Part shown: positions 28,872-47,049 of the stretch, in pieces
Layout: each line of letters opens with the position of its first letter
Position numbering within the stretch: position 1 is the first letter of the stretch
Assembly (NCBI GenBank): GCA_002269645.1
Contig: NIVC01000288.1
Coordinates: 228,506-292,505, forward strand
DNA length: 64,000 nt
Origin: Macrostomum lignano
Taxonomy: Eukaryota
Direction: 5' to 3'
Notes under the pieces: model-generated
Told to the model about the DNA's origin: nothing
Databases searched by the model: none
The model's input: the letters and a program-made list of their open reading frames with translations, nothing else
Position numbers and translations under genes: made by a program

Positions 28872-30319
28872 ATGCCAATCTCCAAAAGAATCGGTTCTCA
28901 GCTTCTGGGCTTCATCACAGCTATCGTTTCTTCTGCTCTGGTGAGCAGCGCGGCCAGATTCGAGCTGCAGCTCGGTGCCGCAGTCAACCGAACTCTCCCA
29001 GTCGCGTTTGAAGTCGCGCACAGCTTCAACCAGCGTCACTGCTCTCAGCTGTGCTCACAAATAGCCGAGTGCTTCGGATTCTACCAGATGAAAAAAAGGA
29101 AAATTGTGCGGCCTGTTTAACGCTTCTCAATTCTACCGGAAGAACTTGTGGACAAGTTCGGAGACACCGCTTGACATATTTGTGATTGACGCTTGTAAGT
29201 CCTTGTTATTCAACTCTATTGAACTTTTATAATCTTAAAAACACGCACTTTGTCTTTAAGCGCGATTCTCCGACCGAGATTCTCCCACCGAAATTCTCCT
29301 GCCGAGATTCTCCCATCGAAATTCTCCCATCGAGATTCTCCCATCGAGATTCTCTCACAACGATTATCCCCTCGAAATTCATCCATTGAGATTCTCCCAC
29401 AAAGATTATCCCATCGTGATTCTTCCACCGAGATTCTCCCATCGAGATTCTCCCAAAAAGATTATCCCCTTGAGATTCTCCCAAAAAGATTATCCCATCG
29501 AGATTCTCCCAAAAAGACAATCCCACCGAGATTCTCCCACCGATATTCTCCCACCGAGATTCTCCCACCGAAAATCTCCCATTAAGATTCTCTCACCAAG
29601 AACAACCCTCCTGCAGGAAACCCTCCTGTGGGAAACTCTGGTTCTCCCGAATCAGTGTTTGGAGTAACATCCTTAGCTCATTAGAGTACAATCAATACTT
29701 ACTTTAGCATGTGTTTGATTCAAAAGCTATTAGAATACCAGATAGGAAAGTAAACGAATATTCTCGCCGGTGAGGGGGGGTCTGTAGCTTGAGCAGCAGT
29801 GTATCTGACAAAACGCTCGTAAAAGTTTATTAGTTTTATGAAGTTTTATAATTAAATGATTTTGCCCACTTTAAACGCAAGATGCTGCTGTATTCTACAT
29901 TTGCAGACAGCAGCTCGAAGACACAGAAGCTGAGCATATCAGGCTGCTCTCAGAGTTCAGTCGGTAGCGAGGGCGTCTGCACCAGAGCCATCGACGGCAA
30001 CAAGAACCCAATGTTTCACGATGGTTCATGCAGTCATACTGACACAATCCCGAACCAGTGGTGGGAAGCCCAGCTTTTCCGACAGTCCATTGTTTCCCAC
30101 GTAGTCATCTACAACAGACAGGATTGCTGCTCAGAGCGGTTGAACAACTTTGAGCTGCTTGTGGACGGCGTTCAGTGCCGCAGCGTCAGCGTGTCGGTGC
30201 CGTTCTCTGTTGGCAACTTCACCTGCCAGATGGCCGGATCCAGGATTCGAGTCCAGAGTCGCCGTAGCAATGTTGTCACGCTGTGCGAGTTCGAGGCATA
30301 CGGGATTTACTTCCCTTGA
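28872..30319 (+). pseudogene. PAN/apple-like + F-type lectin gene, copy 1; +1 frameshift in the A7 run at 29091-29097; exons 28872-29194, 29907-30319
   Basis: Exon 1 matches the other copies up to GFY; removing one A restores KGKLCGLFNASQFYRKNLW..DIFVIDA and a phase-1 GT donor. Exon 2 has AIDGN, H-x26-RQDCCSER and LCEFEAYG. May be a homopolymer sequencing error in an intact gene. Confidence 0.85.
29265..29600. repeat. Degenerate ~14-bp repeat (GAGATTCTCCCATC-like) in the intron of lectin copy 1
   Basis: Directly visible. Confidence 0.85.
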
Positions 30320-31140
30320 CTGGTTGAGTGATTCGGTGAGTGTGTTCAGTGGTGACGTCCTGTTTAATAGATAAAATTGAATTGTTGCATTAAAAAAAGC
30401 AAAAAATTGCAAGAATTTAAAATAAAACGGATAATACATGAGTATAATTTTAGCGATTGACTGTACGTACAGAGGCAACATTATGTACATCAGATCTCCA
30501 AGGACTACTCAAGTAACATAGGACGCAACACTTGAAATCTATGGTAAATGTTTTGAAGGCAACTTTTCGCGAAAAATTACACTACAGAGATAGAAGGTTT
30601 TAATTTTTTTCAGCACAAAAATTGTTATTTCTTTTGATAGGAGGCAGATCCAGTGTTCATCTTTTGATATGTTGTGCCTTTCTTATTGCTCTATCGATAT
30701 TCATAAAGCTTTTTGTTCAGAAATAGTTTTTAATGCAGGTTTCAACGGGAAAATACACTACGGAGATAGGAAATTTCACGATTTTCAACACTAAAACAGT
30801 GATTGGGTCTCTTAACAGTGTCAGAGAAAATTCTAATCACACTTATTTTGTGCCTCACATGCTGCTCTAACGATGCATTTAATCGATTTTTCATGTTAAA
30901 TTGGTCTGTCACTTGAAAAAAAAACGTTTAAAATAACGACAAGATTCAATATGTTCAATATTGACTTCTCTGAGATCAGGACACTTAGAGACACTTAATA
31001 TCCATAATATTTTATCTAAGTACTTGTACGCTGATACCAATGAAAATAAAATGTGTTTTCTGAAATCATCAAATATACTCGTATGTTATAGCTTCAAGTT
31101 GTCAGTAGTTTAAAGCTTTCACGGGTGTCACTTTTTTATA

Positions 31141-31487
31141 AGAGACAGGGCCTGTGTGCACCCTGGCGCACTTTAAGCGACATTGTCACACAACCGGCGA
31201 GAGGCATTACTACCCATTCCGGAGACTCCTCTGAGCAGGCACATAAGCGCGCGGATACGTAAGCAGTCATACGCACAGGCACACGCTCACACAGGAGAGT
31301 ACAGCGTCCCTAACTTTATTTATTGTTAGGCATGTACACTTCACTGTGCCTTGGGGGGTTGGCCCTCAAAGCCGTTAATTGCACGAGCAGAGCCAAGCCG
31401 AGATTCCAATTCAGCCCCAAATTAATGTGACTGCACTTGGAGCTGGCGCACCAGAGCGCCGCGCGCCAGACAACTGGGCTACGGGCC
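31141..31487 (-). mobile_element. tRNA-derived SINE, copy A
   Basis: Homologous along its length to 52560-52712 plus 53205-53422; minus-strand head TAGCCCAGTTG with the B-box region deleted. Confidence 0.7.
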
Positions 31488-32068
31488 TCTTTCACGGTGT
31501 CACAATTATTGAATATTAGGAATGCAGAGCAAATCTTCACATGCCTACATTATTATTTTCTTACTATTAACTAATTATTAACTAACTAATAATAATACGA
31601 CGTAACATTGCAAGTATACTTGAAGTTTAGGGCGAGGCTTCACATCATCTCAAATCCGCGGTCGCATGTACCCTAATTGACGCACCCTAATACGTCTTTT
31701 ATCAAAATCAACCAGATGGTAATAACAACAATACGTCATGTCATATTAAAAAAACGAGATCAATAAACGAGATTATTTTTAACATTAAGGCTCCAAAGAT
31801 TTGGAAAAAAAACTAAACTCAAGAATTCGACGAATGTATTGAATTCTTTAAAACTAAAATTCGCAAGCAAAGTAATTCTGAGCCCATATCGCGTCCGAAA
31901 TTCGTGGTTTCTGCAGAAAAAAAAGTGATTCTCATCCAGCTGATTAAACAAAAAAATGTGATCAGATAAAGAGACAAGCGTGGAGTACTGCAACACATTG
32001 AGCAATATTTCCAAGTGCGATGTCTCTGGCACCGAATTTTGATATCAAATATAGTTCAGCGTTCGAAT

Positions 32069-36782
<4,714 letters not shown>

Positions 36783-36935
36783 TTGCTGCGGTTTTGAAGT
36801 TGCTCTTGAAACTTGTATTTGCACGTATCAAATGTATTTGAACTACTTTAATTTTGCAGAATGTATCTGCAGATGCGCAGTGTCTATGGTAGAAATATAT
36901 GCACTGTATATTACAAATGAAAACAATTACCGAAG

Positions 36936-37125
36936 CAAGGAGTTCTACAATTAGCAATCTGGAGCGGAAACGAGTTTTACCTCATGAGGCCACGCCAATT
37001 GTAAAGAATAAGGAGCCAGCACTGAATGTCTATGGCTCTGTCTGACTGTCTATGCTAGTCTGGCCTCATGAGGTAAAAGTGAAAAACTCGTTTCCACTCC
37101 AGGTTGCTAATTATAGAACTCCTTG
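36936..37125. mobile_element. 190-bp foldback/MITE-like inverted repeat
   Basis: Arms 36936-36992 and 37061-37125 are reverse complements (one 5-bp indel); ends CAAGGAG...CTCCTTG; no TSD seen. Confidence 0.65.
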
Positions 37126-37754
37126 GACGGATAAAAGAAAGAAAGAAAGAAAGAAAGAAAGCCAGGTCAAGGACTACTTAGTCACTCAGGACGGGAGTCT
37201 TTCACACAAATTGTTCTATGGCCAAGCCTATCTGAAGAGGATTTCAGTCACTTTGTCTGTCAGGAATAATACAAAGCTACTAGTTGTTAATCTACTTTGT
37301 TAAAATAGTTCCAGCATTTTCCTATGTCTGTTTGTTTGTTAGATTATGGCTAAATTTGATTGAATTTGGCTCATACTACTGAACGAATAGTAGTTTTACT
37401 GAATATAGTTGAGCGAACCATATAGTACATTTCCACCCCGATCTGTATGCCTGATCACCATCCCTCCCTATTCCTCCCTACAGTTGTAGTTTTGTTTCGT
37501 TTAAGTCGATCAAGCAACCACAAGAACTTAACCATGCAACCAAGCAGCAAAACAATATGTCCGTGAAATGCTGTAGGATTTGTATTTTAGTTAAAAACAA
37601 TCCTGCTTACCCTGGTTAAAAACTGGGGGGGGGGGGCTGGCCCTTAATGGCCCCTAGAGTACCCCTACGGAATCCAGTGAAAACCCTAGCTATAGGCCCT
37701 AGCCAGCCACTAAGTGTATCCCCTAGGGGCCCCCTAGGTTATTTTCAAGTGGGT

Positions 37755-37890
37755 GGATGTACAGCGACCCCGACTTTCTAATCGACCGGCATGTACACCC
37801 TCTGTGCCTTGGGGGTCGGTCCTCGTGGCTGTGAATCGCATGACATACCCACGGTCAATTTTCATGCACGAGCCGCTCACCAGGGGTCGT
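37755..37890 (-). mobile_element. Diverged SINE-family segment carrying the CCCAAGGCACAG-GTGTACA hairpin motif
   Basis: Minus strand CCCAAGGCACAGAGGGTGTACATGCCGGTCGATTAGAAAGTCGGGGTCGCTGTACA aligns to the 54-bp array unit and to both SINE copies. Confidence 0.6.
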
Positions 37891-37897
37891 GGGGCGG

Positions 37898-39315
37898 TGG
37901 TTCAATTGGTTCCATGGTTCAATTGGTCCCATGGTTCAATTGGTTCCATGGTTCAATAGGTTCCATGGTTCAATTGGTCCCATGGTTCAATTGGTTCCAT
38001 GGTTCAATAGGTTCCATGGTTCAATTGGTTCCATGGTTCAATAGGTTCCATGGTTCAATTGGTTCCATGGTTCAATTGGTTTCATGGTTCAATTGGTTCC
38101 ATGGTTCAATTGGTTTCATGGTTCAATAGGTTTCATGGTTCAATTGGTTCAATTGGTTCCATGGTTCAATAGGTTCCATGGTTCAATTGGTTCCATGGTT
38201 CAATAGGTTCCATGGTTCAATAGGTTCCATGGTTCAATTGGTTTCATGGTTCAATCGGTTCCATGGTTCAATTGGTCCCATGGTTCAATTGGTTCCATGG
38301 TTCAATTGGTTTCATGGTTCAATTGGTTTCATGGTTCAATTGGTTCAATCGGTTCCATGGTTCAATTGGTTCCATTGGTTCAATTGGTTCCATGGTTCAA
38401 TTGGTTTCATGGTTCAATTGGTTCAATTGGTTCCATGGTTCAATTGGTTTCATGGTTCAATTGGTTCCATGGTTCAATAGGTTCCATGGTTCAATTGGTT
38501 CCATGGTTCAATAGGTTCCATGGTTCAATAGGTTCCATGGTTCAATTGGTTTCATGGTTCAATTGGTTCAATTGGTTCAATTGGTTCCATGGTTCAATAG
38601 GTTCCATGGTTCAATTGGTTCCATGGTTCAATAGGTTCCATGGTTCAATAGGTTCCATGGTTCAATTGGTTTCATGGTTCAATTGGTTCAATTGGTTCAA
38701 TTGGTTCAATTGGTTCAATTGGTTCAATTGGTTCCATGGTTCAATAGGTTCCATGGTTCAATTGGTTCCATGGTTCAATAGGTTCCATGGTTCAATTGGT
38801 TCCATGGTTCAATTGGTTCAATTGGTTCAATTGGTTCAATTGGTTCCATGGTTCAATTGTTTCCATGGTTCATTGGTTCCATGGTTCAATTGTTTCCATG
38901 GTTCAATTGGTTCCATGGTTCAATTGGTTCCATGGTTCAATTGGTTCCATGGTTCTATTGGTTCCATAGTTTTATTGGTTCCATAGTTCTATTGGTTCCA
39001 TAGTTTTATTGGTTCCATGGTTCAATTGGTTCCATAGTTCTATTGGTTCCATAGTTTTATTGGTTCCATGGTTCAATTGGTTCCATAGTTCTATTGGTTC
39101 CATGGTTCAATTGGTTCTATGGTTCAATCGGTTCCATGGTTCAATTGGTTCCATGGTTCTATTGGTTCCATGGTTCTATTGTTTCCATGGTTTTATTGGT
39201 TCCATGGTTCAATCGGTTCCATGGTTCTATTGTTTCCATGGTTTTATTGGTTCCATGGTTCTATTGGTTCCATGGTTCTATTGGTTCCATGGTTCTATTG
39301 GTTCCATGGTTCCAT
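37898..39315. repeat. 17-bp satellite (GGTTCCATGGTTCAATT)n with 9-bp subunits
   Basis: Directly visible; drifts to TCTATT/TTTATT variants at the right end. Confidence 0.95.
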
Positions 39316-41088
39316 TAGTCCCATATAGTATTCGGAGCAAAAATTTAACTATATAAATCACAACCATCAGTTGACCAGCAGTTGAGGCTTGCCCACTGTC
39401 GAGGCTTGATCGGCGAAACTAGAGAAATTCGCATCAGGGTGTTCATAGTCACCTGGTGCCACCTGTTGAACGTCCAGAAGCTCCGCCTGGGTGAGGGCTA
39501 GTGACCAACAAGGTCAGAGCTGATGCAGACACATGTGATCGACGTGCTGATGAAATTTGGAGACTTGGCAAGGCTGCAGTGAGGCGCAGTGCTGATTGGC
39601 GCACAGGGGTGTACTGAATACACTGGCGCTTATGGGAAAAATCCGACCTTCTGGCAGAATCGTCGAATATCTCGACGGTCCGGAGGGCTGGCGACTTGAT
39701 TCTTGTTTGAGAAGGTGCACAACAAGAAGTTAGCCCGTGTTCTTGAATTTTGTGTGTCTGCGTTGCTCCGTTCCGGCGCAGCAAAAAAATTGTCAGTGGG
39801 GGGGGGGAATTTTTCCCCTCTTGGTAGTTCTACTGTCAATCTTCGCGCGACATGTTTCGCCGAACAATCGGCATCTTCAGGCAATAATATAGATGCAGAG
39901 AGATGGAAAATTTTTAAAGTCTAGTAAGCCAAAATGATGCAAGAATGGGTAGCAGAGTTAGATGACCCTAAATAAGAGGCAAGCGCATGGGGAGTTTAGA
40001 AATTATATTAGATGAAGAAACGACCTTCTTGATAGCTTAAAGAAGCTTGACTAAAATATACGCTCGCACGAGCGAAGTTCCCTTTTTCGCATTGGAAAGC
40101 TTTTGAAAAGTTCCCAAGAAGCTTTGCTTTTGTGAAAAAAATAGCGCTTTTTGCTATAAGCATGCAAACTTCACAGACCTTTCTCGAATTTAGACAAATC
40201 ATTTCACTTCCTAAAAGCTTATATCCAATATTAATATTTATATTCACTACTCGTTAGGCGGTTGCCAATTTACTCTAATTTACTTTGTAGAACCTGATCT
40301 GGATGCTGCAGTTGACACCCACGCAGCTTTATTAAAAAATGTAGAAACTATAAAGTTTTCTGTTTGCTAGACTTATTTGTTCCGTATCTAAACTAAACCT
40401 GGATTACGCTTCATTGTTTGAACGAATTTCAGATCCGGTAGCTAGTGAAACTCAAATAAGAAATCAACAATAAGAACTCAAAATAAGAAAGCTGCAAAGA
40501 CCCTGCAAAATGGAGTATCTATCTTACATTTAAGATAAAATTAGTCTGCTAAATTGTTAACCGCATTTGGCTTATTTTTCTAAGCCATTTGGATTGCTGA
40601 AATGCTGTGGCTCATATGAGGCCGCTGAGAATTGTGAGTTGTTGGTAGGTCAAGCATCAAAAGGGGGAGTTAGGATTCAGCCATGACTTAAAGAGGGTGG
40701 GTGATGCTTTTTTGCTTGAAACATCATTTTTCCTTAAATTACTTACAACTGCGACTGTACAAGATCAAAACCTGCATGTAGTTTATTCAAGCATTCTTTT
40801 CTATTTTTTTATTTCACATTTCTTTTAGACTTGAGTTTTCAAGAAATACTTTACTGAACTGTTATTACGAGTGTTTTTACTGTAGCTACTGTTTTTGTTT
40901 TAATTGACTGAAATTCTCGGTCGATTTTCGATAGGCAAGAGCGTTTTGCCTTAACTATTTTTAGCTATTTTTTCAAGTCAATTAAATAATGTGTTAGGTA
41001 CAGCAGTAAACACTGAATCCACATTAATTATCATGGGTGCGAAGCCACCTTGGTATCTTAAATATATAATACATAAAGAATTTTGCAG

Positions 41089-42788
41089 TTTGGTGGGTGC
41101 CCCTGTCTCTTGGAGGGTGCCCCTGTCTCTTGGTGGGTGCCCCTGTCTCTTGGAGGGTGCCCCTGTCTCTTGGTGGTTGCCCCTGTCTCTTGGTGGGTGC
41201 CCCTGTCTCTTGGTGGGTGCCCCTGTCTCTTGGTGGGTGCCCCTGTCTCTTGGTGGGTGCCCCTGTCTCTTGGTGGGTGCCCCTGTCTCTTGGTGGGTGC
41301 CCCTGTCTCTTGGTGGGTGCCCCTGTCTCTTGGTGGGTGCCCCTGTCTCTTGGTGGGTGCCCCTGTCTCTTGGTGGGTGCCCCTGTCTCTTGGTGGGTGC
41401 CCCTGTCTCTTGGTGGGTGCCCCTGTCTCTTGGTGGGTGCCCCTGTCTCTTGGTGGGTGCCCCTGTCTCTTGGTGGGTGCCCCTGTCTCTTGGTGGGTGC
41501 CCCTGTCTCTTGGTGGGTGCCCCTGTCTCTTGGTGGGTGCCCCTGTCTCTTGGTGGGTGCCCCTGTCTCTTGGTGGGTGCCCCTGTCTCTTGGTGGTTGC
41601 CCCTGTCTCTTGGTGGGTGCCCCTGTCTCTTGGTGGGTGCCCCTGTCTCTTGGTAGGTGCCCCTGTCTCTTGGTGGGTGCCCCTGTCTCTTGGTGGTTGC
41701 CCCTGTCTCTTGGTGGGTGCCCCTGTCTCTTGGTGGGTGCCCCTGTCTCTTGGTGGGTGCCCCTGTCTCTTGGTGGGTGCCCCTGTCTCTTGGTGGGTGC
41801 CCCTGTCTCTTGGTGGGTGCCCCTGTCTCTTGGTGGGTGCCCCTGTCTCTTGGTGGGTGCCCCTGTCTCTTGGTGGGTGCCCCTGTCTCTTGGTGGGTGC
41901 CCCTGTCTCTTGGTGGGTGCCCCTGTCTCTTGGTGGGTGCCCCTGTCTCTTGGTGGGTGCCCCTGTCTCTTGGTGGGTGCCCCTGTCTCTTGGTGGGTGC
42001 CCCTGTCTCTTGGTGGGTGCCCCTGTCTCTTGGTGGGTGCCCCTGTCTCTTGGTGGGTGCCCCTGTCTCTTGGTGGGTGCCCCTGTCTCTTGGTGGGTGC
42101 CCCTGTCTCTTGGTGGGTGCCCCTGTCTCTTGGTGGGTGCCCCTGTCTCTTGGTGGGTGCCCCTGTCTCTTGGTGGGTGCCCCTGTCTCTTGGTGGTTGC
42201 CCCTGTCTCTTGGTGGGTGCCCCTGTCTCTTGGTGGGTGCCCCTGTCTCTTGGTAGGTGCCCCTGTCTCTTGGTGGGTGCCCCTGTCTCTTGGTGGTTGC
42301 CCCTGTCTCTTGGTGGGTGCCCCTGTCTCTTGGTGGGTGCCCCTGTCTCTTGGTGGGTGCCCCTGTCTCTTGGTGGGTGCCCCTGTCTCTTGGTGGGTGC
42401 CCCTGTCTCTTGGTGGGTGCCCCTGTCTCTTGGTGGGTGCCCCTGTCTCTTGGTGGGTGCCCCTGTCTCTTGGTGGGTGCCCCTGTCTCTTGGTGGGTGC
42501 CCCTGTCTCTTGGTGGGTGCCCCTGTCTCTTGGTGGGTGCCCCTGTCTCTTGGTGGGTGCCCCTGTCTCTTGGTGGGTGCCCCTGTCTCTTGGTGGGTGC
42601 CCCTGTCTCTTGGTGGGTGCCCCTGTCTCTTGGTGGGTGCCCCTGTCTCTTGGTGGGTGCCCCTGTCTCTTGGTGGGTGCCCCTGTCTCTTGGTGGGTGC
42701 CCCTGTCTCTTGGTGGGTGCCCCTGTCTCTTGGTGGGTGCCCCTGTCTCTTGGTGGGTGCCCCTGTCTCTTGGTGGGTGCCCCTGTCC
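41089..42788. repeat. 20-bp satellite (CCCTGTCTCTTGGTGGGTGC)n, about 85 copies
   Basis: Near-perfect; explains the 570-620 aa periodic ORFs on both strands. Confidence 0.97.
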
Positions 42789-43221
42789 TTGATGGCCGCC
42801 TCTTGCTGCACACCCTTCACCACTGCCACGTACAAGTTTGCAAACGTTGAGCTCGTGCCATTTATCAAGTTTGGCTGTCTTTTCATTCTGTTGCTGAAGC
42901 AACTTTTTGTGGGCGATTAAAGGGGGGTGGCCTGACCAAAAAACAAAATGCTAACTGTTTAGTTTCCATCGATCAGACTTGAAACCTTCTAAGTTGAATT
43001 TAAAAGATAAACTTTAGAAGCAACATAAAAACAGAAAAGTTTTTCTCAGAAAATATTATACTTTTTACAGCAGGAAATATTTCCATTATAAGTTATCCTC
43101 TAGAAAAATGTTCATCAAGACAGTAGGGCTAAAGAATTCAGTTTTAAAGAATTAAAACTAACTAAAGTGCCCTCTCTATAATATCATTTCCCTCGTCACT
43201 CACTAGTACACACTAAAACAG

Positions 43222-44243
43222 TCAAGGAAGGTAATTCCCGTATGCCTCGAACTCGCACAGCGTGAGAGAGTTGCTATGACGACTCTGGACTCGAATCCTG
43301 GATCCGGCCATCTGGCAGGTGAAGTTGCCAACAGAGAACGGCACCGACACGTTGACGCTGCGGCATTGGACGCCGTCCACAAGCAGCTCAAAGTTGTTCA
43401 ACCGCTCTGCACAGCAATCCTGTCTGTTGTAGACGACTACGTGAGAAACAATGGACTGCTGCAGAAGCTGGGCCTCCCACCACTGGTTCGGGATTCTTTT
43501 AGTATGACTGCATGAACCATCGTGATACAATTGGCTCGTGTTGTTATCGATGGCTCTGGTGCAGACGCCGTCGTGATTTAGAGAACTCTGAGTGCAGTTT
43601 GTTATGCTCAGCTTCTTTTTGTCTGCAAAAAGAAGACATTAAGTGTTTAGAATGCAAGATAGCACGTGAGCCTGCAAATCTAACATGTCTTGACATGTCT
43701 GTCTAGTGAACAAGGGAGATACTTAAGCAGAAGCACAGCTAGTACAGCAGAAAGTGTATATACACGCAATTCGTTGAGGTATTTATTTACACACTATTTA
43801 TTTATTTATTTATTTATTATTTACAATTGACTAGTTGGACTTTTCGACTGTTGAGCTGTAAGTAAAGAGCACACACTAGCAATGCTTTACAAGTGAGAAC
43901 AAGCTGACTTACCGAAATCAATCACAAAGATGTCAAACTGCTGCTCCGATCCGGCGGCTGTCCACGAGCTCTTCCAGTAGAAGGCTGTCGCGTTGAACAG
44001 TCCGCAGGGTCTCGCCTTGTTCTGCACCGAGTAGAATCCGAAGCACTCGGTTATTTGTGAGCACAGCTGAGAGCAGTGACGCTGGTTGAAGCTGTGCGCG
44101 ACTTCAAACGCGACTGGGTGAGTTCGGTTGATTGCGGCACCGAGCTGGAGCTCGAATCTGGCCGCGCTGCTCATCAGAGCAGAAGAAACGATAGCTGTGA
44201 TGAGGCTCAGAAGCTGAGCAGCAGCTCTCAATGAAAAATTCAT
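43222..44243 (-). CDS. Secreted PAN/apple-like + F-type lectin, copy 2 (243 aa); exons 44243-43913, 43622-43222
   Basis: Signal peptide MNFSLRAAAQLLSLITAIVSSALMSSA; C-x3-C-x5-C..C pattern; phase-1 GT-AG intron; AIDNN, H-x26-RQDCCAER. Confidence 0.9.
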
Positions 44244-47049
44244 TTTCTTCACAGTGATATTCGAGGCTTGCAGCTTAGCCACGTAGGGTATGCATGCGTA
44301 GGTTTGCATCCGGCAGTTTTATACATTCGTATGTATTTGCCAACATTTTTTCAAAGTTTTTTACCATAGCAACGGTATGCGGTAGCAGGCTGAGAGTGAA
44401 AACTTTCCTGAGTTTTGATCGCCGCAACTTTGCTGGCTTAACTTTCTAAGCCTCCGTTGGTGAACAATTTTCCTGCTCAGCTTCTCTTTCTAAATAATGA
44501 TCTTTTCTCTGCTTATGCTTTTACAAGTAGAGCTGACGGGTTTGCTTCGGGAAATTGGATATGCAGTTTGTAAATCCTGTGCGACACCCGAGAATCTCAT
44601 AACGTAACCATAGTTCAGAGACTAACTCTGAAGTTCTCACGCCGTCCTGTGCAGCAAACAGGACAGGGATTGCCGCTAAAATAGCTCAGTAGCTCTCTGA
44701 ATCTCACGATTACTTTGTTAGTCTAAAAAAACTTTGACGGTTGGCTCACTAAAATTCTAAATCGTCCGAGATACTTGGTGCACCATTAGTACACAAGCTT
44801 CTGAATGCAGTGTCTAAGGCTAATAATGAGCTTGTTTTATCAGCTACTAGTAGTATTGCTCGCAGTTGCACCCAACAATCGAAATCGCCCAAAGAAAACC
44901 GAATGTTGTTGTCGTTTGCAGCGATGGTCGGACAACATCGAGACTTGCAGAGGCGCTGACTGACAGGGCACGATGGTAGTTTGCGAATTGACTTTTGGCA
45001 TCGCTGTAGGCACCGGACAGAAATCGGGCTGGAATGCTGAGAGATAATCTACTGCAGGATAAGTGGGAAAAAATCATATAAACGTACAACATTGCTGATG
45101 GCGAGGCGCTAAAAATACCGCATTTCAATTCAGCGCGTGTGACATCCATTGCTACGTTCAGAGGATTGACTGCACAAATATCAGAATGTGTAGCCGTTTG
45201 AGGGTGGCCCTTCAAGCCCTCCTTGACTACTCTTTCAGAGATATCAAAAGTGTGTATGATAGAATAGCGGCTGTAGATGGTTGATGTCGCACGACTTCGT
45301 AAACTCCTAGAACTCTTAGTAGTGGAAATTACTTGTAGGATGCTCAAGCGACAGAACGGCGCTTTGAGGGTCTTGAAAAGAATCGTCACGAATTTCGCTG
45401 AAGAGAAGCAGCCCAGGCTCGGCCCATTTTGAGAGCAGGTCGTGCGCACCGCGGATGAGCTGCCTTCTGCGGGCACCCAACGTATTCGTACAACTATCAA
45501 CACAGGTCGATCTGCTACTCGTAATCAACGCCTTCATCTGCAGATTTTTGTAAGCGGTCTTAAATTCTGAGTTGCACATCTAACGGAATGTCATTGCGTT
45601 CACAACAAACACATGTGATGGCTTTCTGGCTTTTTAAGAAATAGCAAATGTGCAACATACCGGTGGGGTCTATTGCTGCCTGGTGCCACTTGCTGAAGGT
45701 GCTGACGGCGTCGTAGTGGTGACTGAATGCTTGAGATACTAGTTGAGTATCCCTAGAAGTTGAGGCTTAATCATACAAGTATAACATTCAATTGTAGCCT
45801 GCTGCGATGAAGCTGAAATTACAAATTGCTGACTACATGCACTTTTATCGAATTTTTATCGAAACCTTCCCGCTTTCGTCAAACATGTAATTCGAAATTT
45901 TTTCCAGCTCTAATTTGTTAATTTGTACACTGTTTACACTGTTTAAGAGCCAGTCCTAAATTCTGCAACCATTAAGCTTTCCTGAGCATTAGACAAGAGT
46001 CTTCAGTGCAACATACGCTCGTATTCCCATACATGCACAGCGCTCTTTTCAAATACATTCAAATTGGTACCTAACTATATATCGCCAACCTAACTTTGGT
46101 AGCCTTCGAGCGGCATCCTACTTATAGCGGAGTACTTCTTGCAGATGGTCTTCACGTGGCTAGCGTCAACCACATCACCAATAATTATCTAATCGCTCTC
46201 CAACTTCACCTTAGACAAAATGCATACCAGCTTCATTTAAAATTTTTACGGAGTAAGTTCAGACGGGGACATCAGCCAAGCAAGCGTCAAATAACCTTTC
46301 TCACTTCTTCATTCTTGTTCAATTCTCTGAAGCATCTGGCAACTGATCAAATGTAACTTCAACTGTCGAAATGATCAAATAAAACGGTGCTACATGCTAC
46401 TGCGCTTCCCATAGAAATCTGCTGGCAAGCCAGAGAAATCCAGTTTACCGCTTAACACAGTCCACATTGTATGTAGCTAGAAAAACAGCGCTCTCAGAGA
46501 AACGCAAGCAGCTACGCCTTCAAAGGCACATAAAAAAGAAATAGCTACCTAAGTACTTTGTTTGCTAACGGAAGCAACGTCAACAGTAAAAGCTATCTGT
46601 GCTACACTTAAACTGAAGAGTTCAAACAGTTTGGAATGTTTGCTAAGGTAAGGCGTCGAAGGTTACAAGAAGCTCGTTCAAACTACCGGATACAAAGTAC
46701 GTGTCTGCACAGCTGCCTCGTATGTCATGCGATTTTCAATGAGAGCCCTTGCTCAGCTTTTGAGCGTCCTTGAAGCTATCATTTATTATTCTGAAGATGC
46801 CTAATGAGTGCCAGACAGGTATTGGATCCATGCAATTAATAATTATTGAATGTAATACATAAAATTGGCAGCATGAAGAGCGCAATTTTTAGAGGCAGAG
46901 GGCCGTGCTACTGCCCATTGAGATAATAAATTATCAAAGATGAAATTCTTTTTCAATCGGCGATCTTTGCAGAATCGATGTTGCAGTTGCAAACGAAAAG
47001 TCAACCATCAATTTAGTAGCAAAGGCAATTACTACACAATAAGGGCCAG

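Noticed and set aside
31141-31152. SINE 3' end CCCTGTCTCT as the seed of the 20-bp satellite at 41 kb
   Set aside because: Only a 10-bp match, compatible with chance.
37755-37860. Twister or HDV-like ribozyme (CCCAAG..GAGGG; TCCTCGTGG)
   Set aside because: The required P4 or P3 pairings could not be formed by eye.
40978-42920. 570-620 aa ORFs on both strands
   Set aside because: They are translations of a stop-free 20-bp satellite; all frames give the same periodic peptide.
44847-45579. 218-aa ORF or possible transposase/exon
   Set aside because: No recognisable motif or phase-consistent splice partner; cannot be assigned without a search.
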